NCBI GenBank assembly: GCA_905178155.1
Contig: CAJINV010000003.1
Span: forward strand, 11,582,733-11,646,732
DNA length: 64,000 nt
Direction: 5' to 3'
Origin: Amoebophrya sp. A120
Taxonomy: Eukaryota > Protista > Dinoflagellata
In this document: piece by piece, positions 62,701 through 64,000 of the stretch
How positions within the stretch are numbered: position 1 is the first letter of the stretch
Layout of the letters: each line of letters starts with the position of its first letter
The notes under the pieces: model-generated
Database searches by the model: none
What the model saw: only the letters and a program-made list of their open reading frames with translations
What the model was told of the DNA's origin: nothing
Made by a program: the position numbers and the translations under genes

Positions 62701-64000
62701 CTGCAGCTCGCTGGCCTGGTTCACGGTGAGGGAAAACATGTACTCGTGGAAACCTTCCGGGTTCGTATTCAGCTGCTCAATCGCGGCCTCCAGTTTTTTC
62801 AGGCAGGTCCTCTTGGGCAGCATGACCAGCTCCGCCTTCAGGTTGGCCAACGGCGCCCGGCACAGCTCGTGCCCGTCCAACTTGAAATTCTCGCACTGCG
62901 CGATCGCGTGCTGCATGGCCGCCGCGTTCTCGCTCGCCAGCGCCCGGGCGAGCGTGGTGGCCATGATGGTGCCCACTTGGGCGTTCGCCTCCGCCAGCTG
63001 CGGCAAGTCCTCCGCAGTCATGTTCTGGTTCGCTTTCAGCAAGGCGTTGCCGTAACTGATCACTCCGATCAACTGCGTGATGTCCTGTTCCCCGATGGCT
63101 TGCTCCAGCTTCCCTTGCAGCAAATTTTTCATTCTATTCCTTTGCAGCTCGTTCCGTTTCGCAACTGCTCGCGCAAAAAGTTTTTTGTTCGGTCCAGTAT
63201 GCTGCTTCTGGTGTTCGGCTGCCATCACAGCTTGATTCAAAGCCAGCAGCTGGGACTCCGTACTTTCGAATTCGGCCTCGTTCAGGGCGGACGCGAGTTG
63301 CAGCGCCACCAGTTTGGTCACCCCCCGCACTTCGTCCACCAGCTTGCCCTCAGGATGGTCCGGGTTTTGACCCATCCCGTTCACGGCCTGCGCAAAATTG
63401 ACTGCCTGTTCCAGCCGCGCAACGTTCTCACTGTTCAGGGCCTCCTCGATCAAATCCAGCAACCGGAAGAGGCACTGTCTCGCCTTCTTGCCCTCCCAGG
63501 CCTCCTCGCCCGCAGCACGGGCACCGCGCACGCAGTCGAACATGATTTCAATGTCCCCGGCTGCCAGTTCCAGGGCCAACGTGCAAGCGCAGAGAATGTT
63601 CGACCCGTCGTCAATGTCGTGGGCCACCAGTGCCGCGGTGATGGGGGTCTGCTTATCAAATGTAAAAATGTCTGGGTCTGGAAGAGTCATGCTGTTTTTG
63701 CATGACACAGAAGGTCTGGCATGGAAGCTCTAGCATCACAGGTTTCATCGAAAAGCTTCCGCAATGGCGAATCCGCATGACAAATCCCCCACTTTGGTGA
63801 CAGAAAGTGGGCAGCTTTTGCTACCTATGCATCAGAGATTTTTCTGTGTGCTGAAATGCGCATCACAAGTTTGTACTCTTCCAGATCCAGACACTTTTGC
63901 ATTTGATACTGCTTCTTGTTGTTCAATTTGTCGATGGTGAGGCCAAAATCCTTGCGCAAAATCTGCGCCATCTCCAGCTGCCCGTTCACGCAAGCAATGT
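56740..64000 (-). CDS. Ankyrin-repeat + PARP catalytic domain protein (5' partial), at least seven exons
   Basis: Spliced: ...HIACVNGQLEMAQIL...NKKQ|TPITAA... NEFYL|WHGTKPDAATAITSSDFRLDLSG|SHAGTLYGKGLYFAEAC|SKSDEY...LLLCRVVLGNVYYTDE|IHP...YDSVLGDREKCRDTFREL|VVYDNDQCYPEYMIWYKRRF*. The H-Y-E triad is intact. Confidence 0.9.
56807..57102. mobile_element. Introner family A, degenerate
   Basis: tatgcattgcaaatatgtcatctgggtctgga ... ttccagacaaagacctatttgcgtgtgata; flanks tcaac/ccagc. Confidence 0.8.
57212..57457. mobile_element. Degenerate introner
   Basis: tatggagtggaa...ttcaatttcata; direct repeat tcctc/tcgtc; restores YTDEIHP. Confidence 0.7.
57561..57794. mobile_element. Introner family B
   Basis: TIR tatgggagtgtcaggattgaaatcgacaaagttg; direct repeat gcacg. 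Confidence 0.92.
57852..58103. mobile_element. Introner family A
   Basis: TIRs present; direct repeat cccga. Confidence 0.92.
58371..58490. repeat. 30-bp tandem repeat, four degenerate units
   Basis: Units resembling agctgaagatgatccggcatggtcgtcatc. Confidence 0.8.
59021..61725. repeat. 99-bp tandem satellite, about 27 units
   Basis: Unit gatggtgatcacctggccaattctacggagcgtccgcgaaactgtcgaccatgatgatcgtctccagctgacgacgaccaatcgcggacgtctttcgct. Confidence 0.97.
63654..63908. mobile_element. Introner family A
   Basis: TIRs present; direct repeat ctgct; gives NKKQ|TPI in frame. Confidence 0.92.

Noticed and set aside
62263-63705. 480-aa plus-strand ORF, and similar ones at 13409, 30422 and 40538
   Set aside because: These are antisense shadows of minus-strand genes that carry recognisable motifs or more protein-like composition.
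14426-63908. Recurrent peptides VKMSGSGR / LPDPDIFT as a protein domain
   Set aside because: They are translations of the family A TIR on either strand.
1-64000. Autonomous transposase, rRNA, tRNA or spliced-leader genes
   Set aside because: None was recognised by eye. HMM and covariance-model searches are needed to exclude them.

Overview
Eukaryotic, alveolate-like DNA. The architecture resembles the parasitic syndinian dinoflagellate Amoebophrya; this is an inference. Every gene I could reconstruct is on the minus strand: an FkbM-type methyltransferase, APC11, a CLK/LAMMER-like kinase with an RS-rich N-terminus, a triple-CCCH zinc-finger protein, an ankyrin + PARP protein, and several unknowns. 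The main signal is 21 MITE-like elements from several terminal-inverted-repeat (TIR) families. Almost all begin TA and end TA and are flanked by 5-nt direct repeats, and all sit inside coding sequence. In each case, removing the element plus one 5-nt repeat copy rejoins the reading frame in my manual translation. They therefore behave as non-canonical, orientation-independent introns (introners), and they coexist with ordinary GT-AG introns. One introner in the PARP catalytic domain has grown to 4.07 kb through a nested TIR element carrying a 99-bp satellite. Also present are a microhomology-joined patchwork duplication (15.4-16.5 kb) and a 1.7-kb insertion flanked by a 40-bp direct repeat. 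All coordinates were read by eye and may be off by a few bases.
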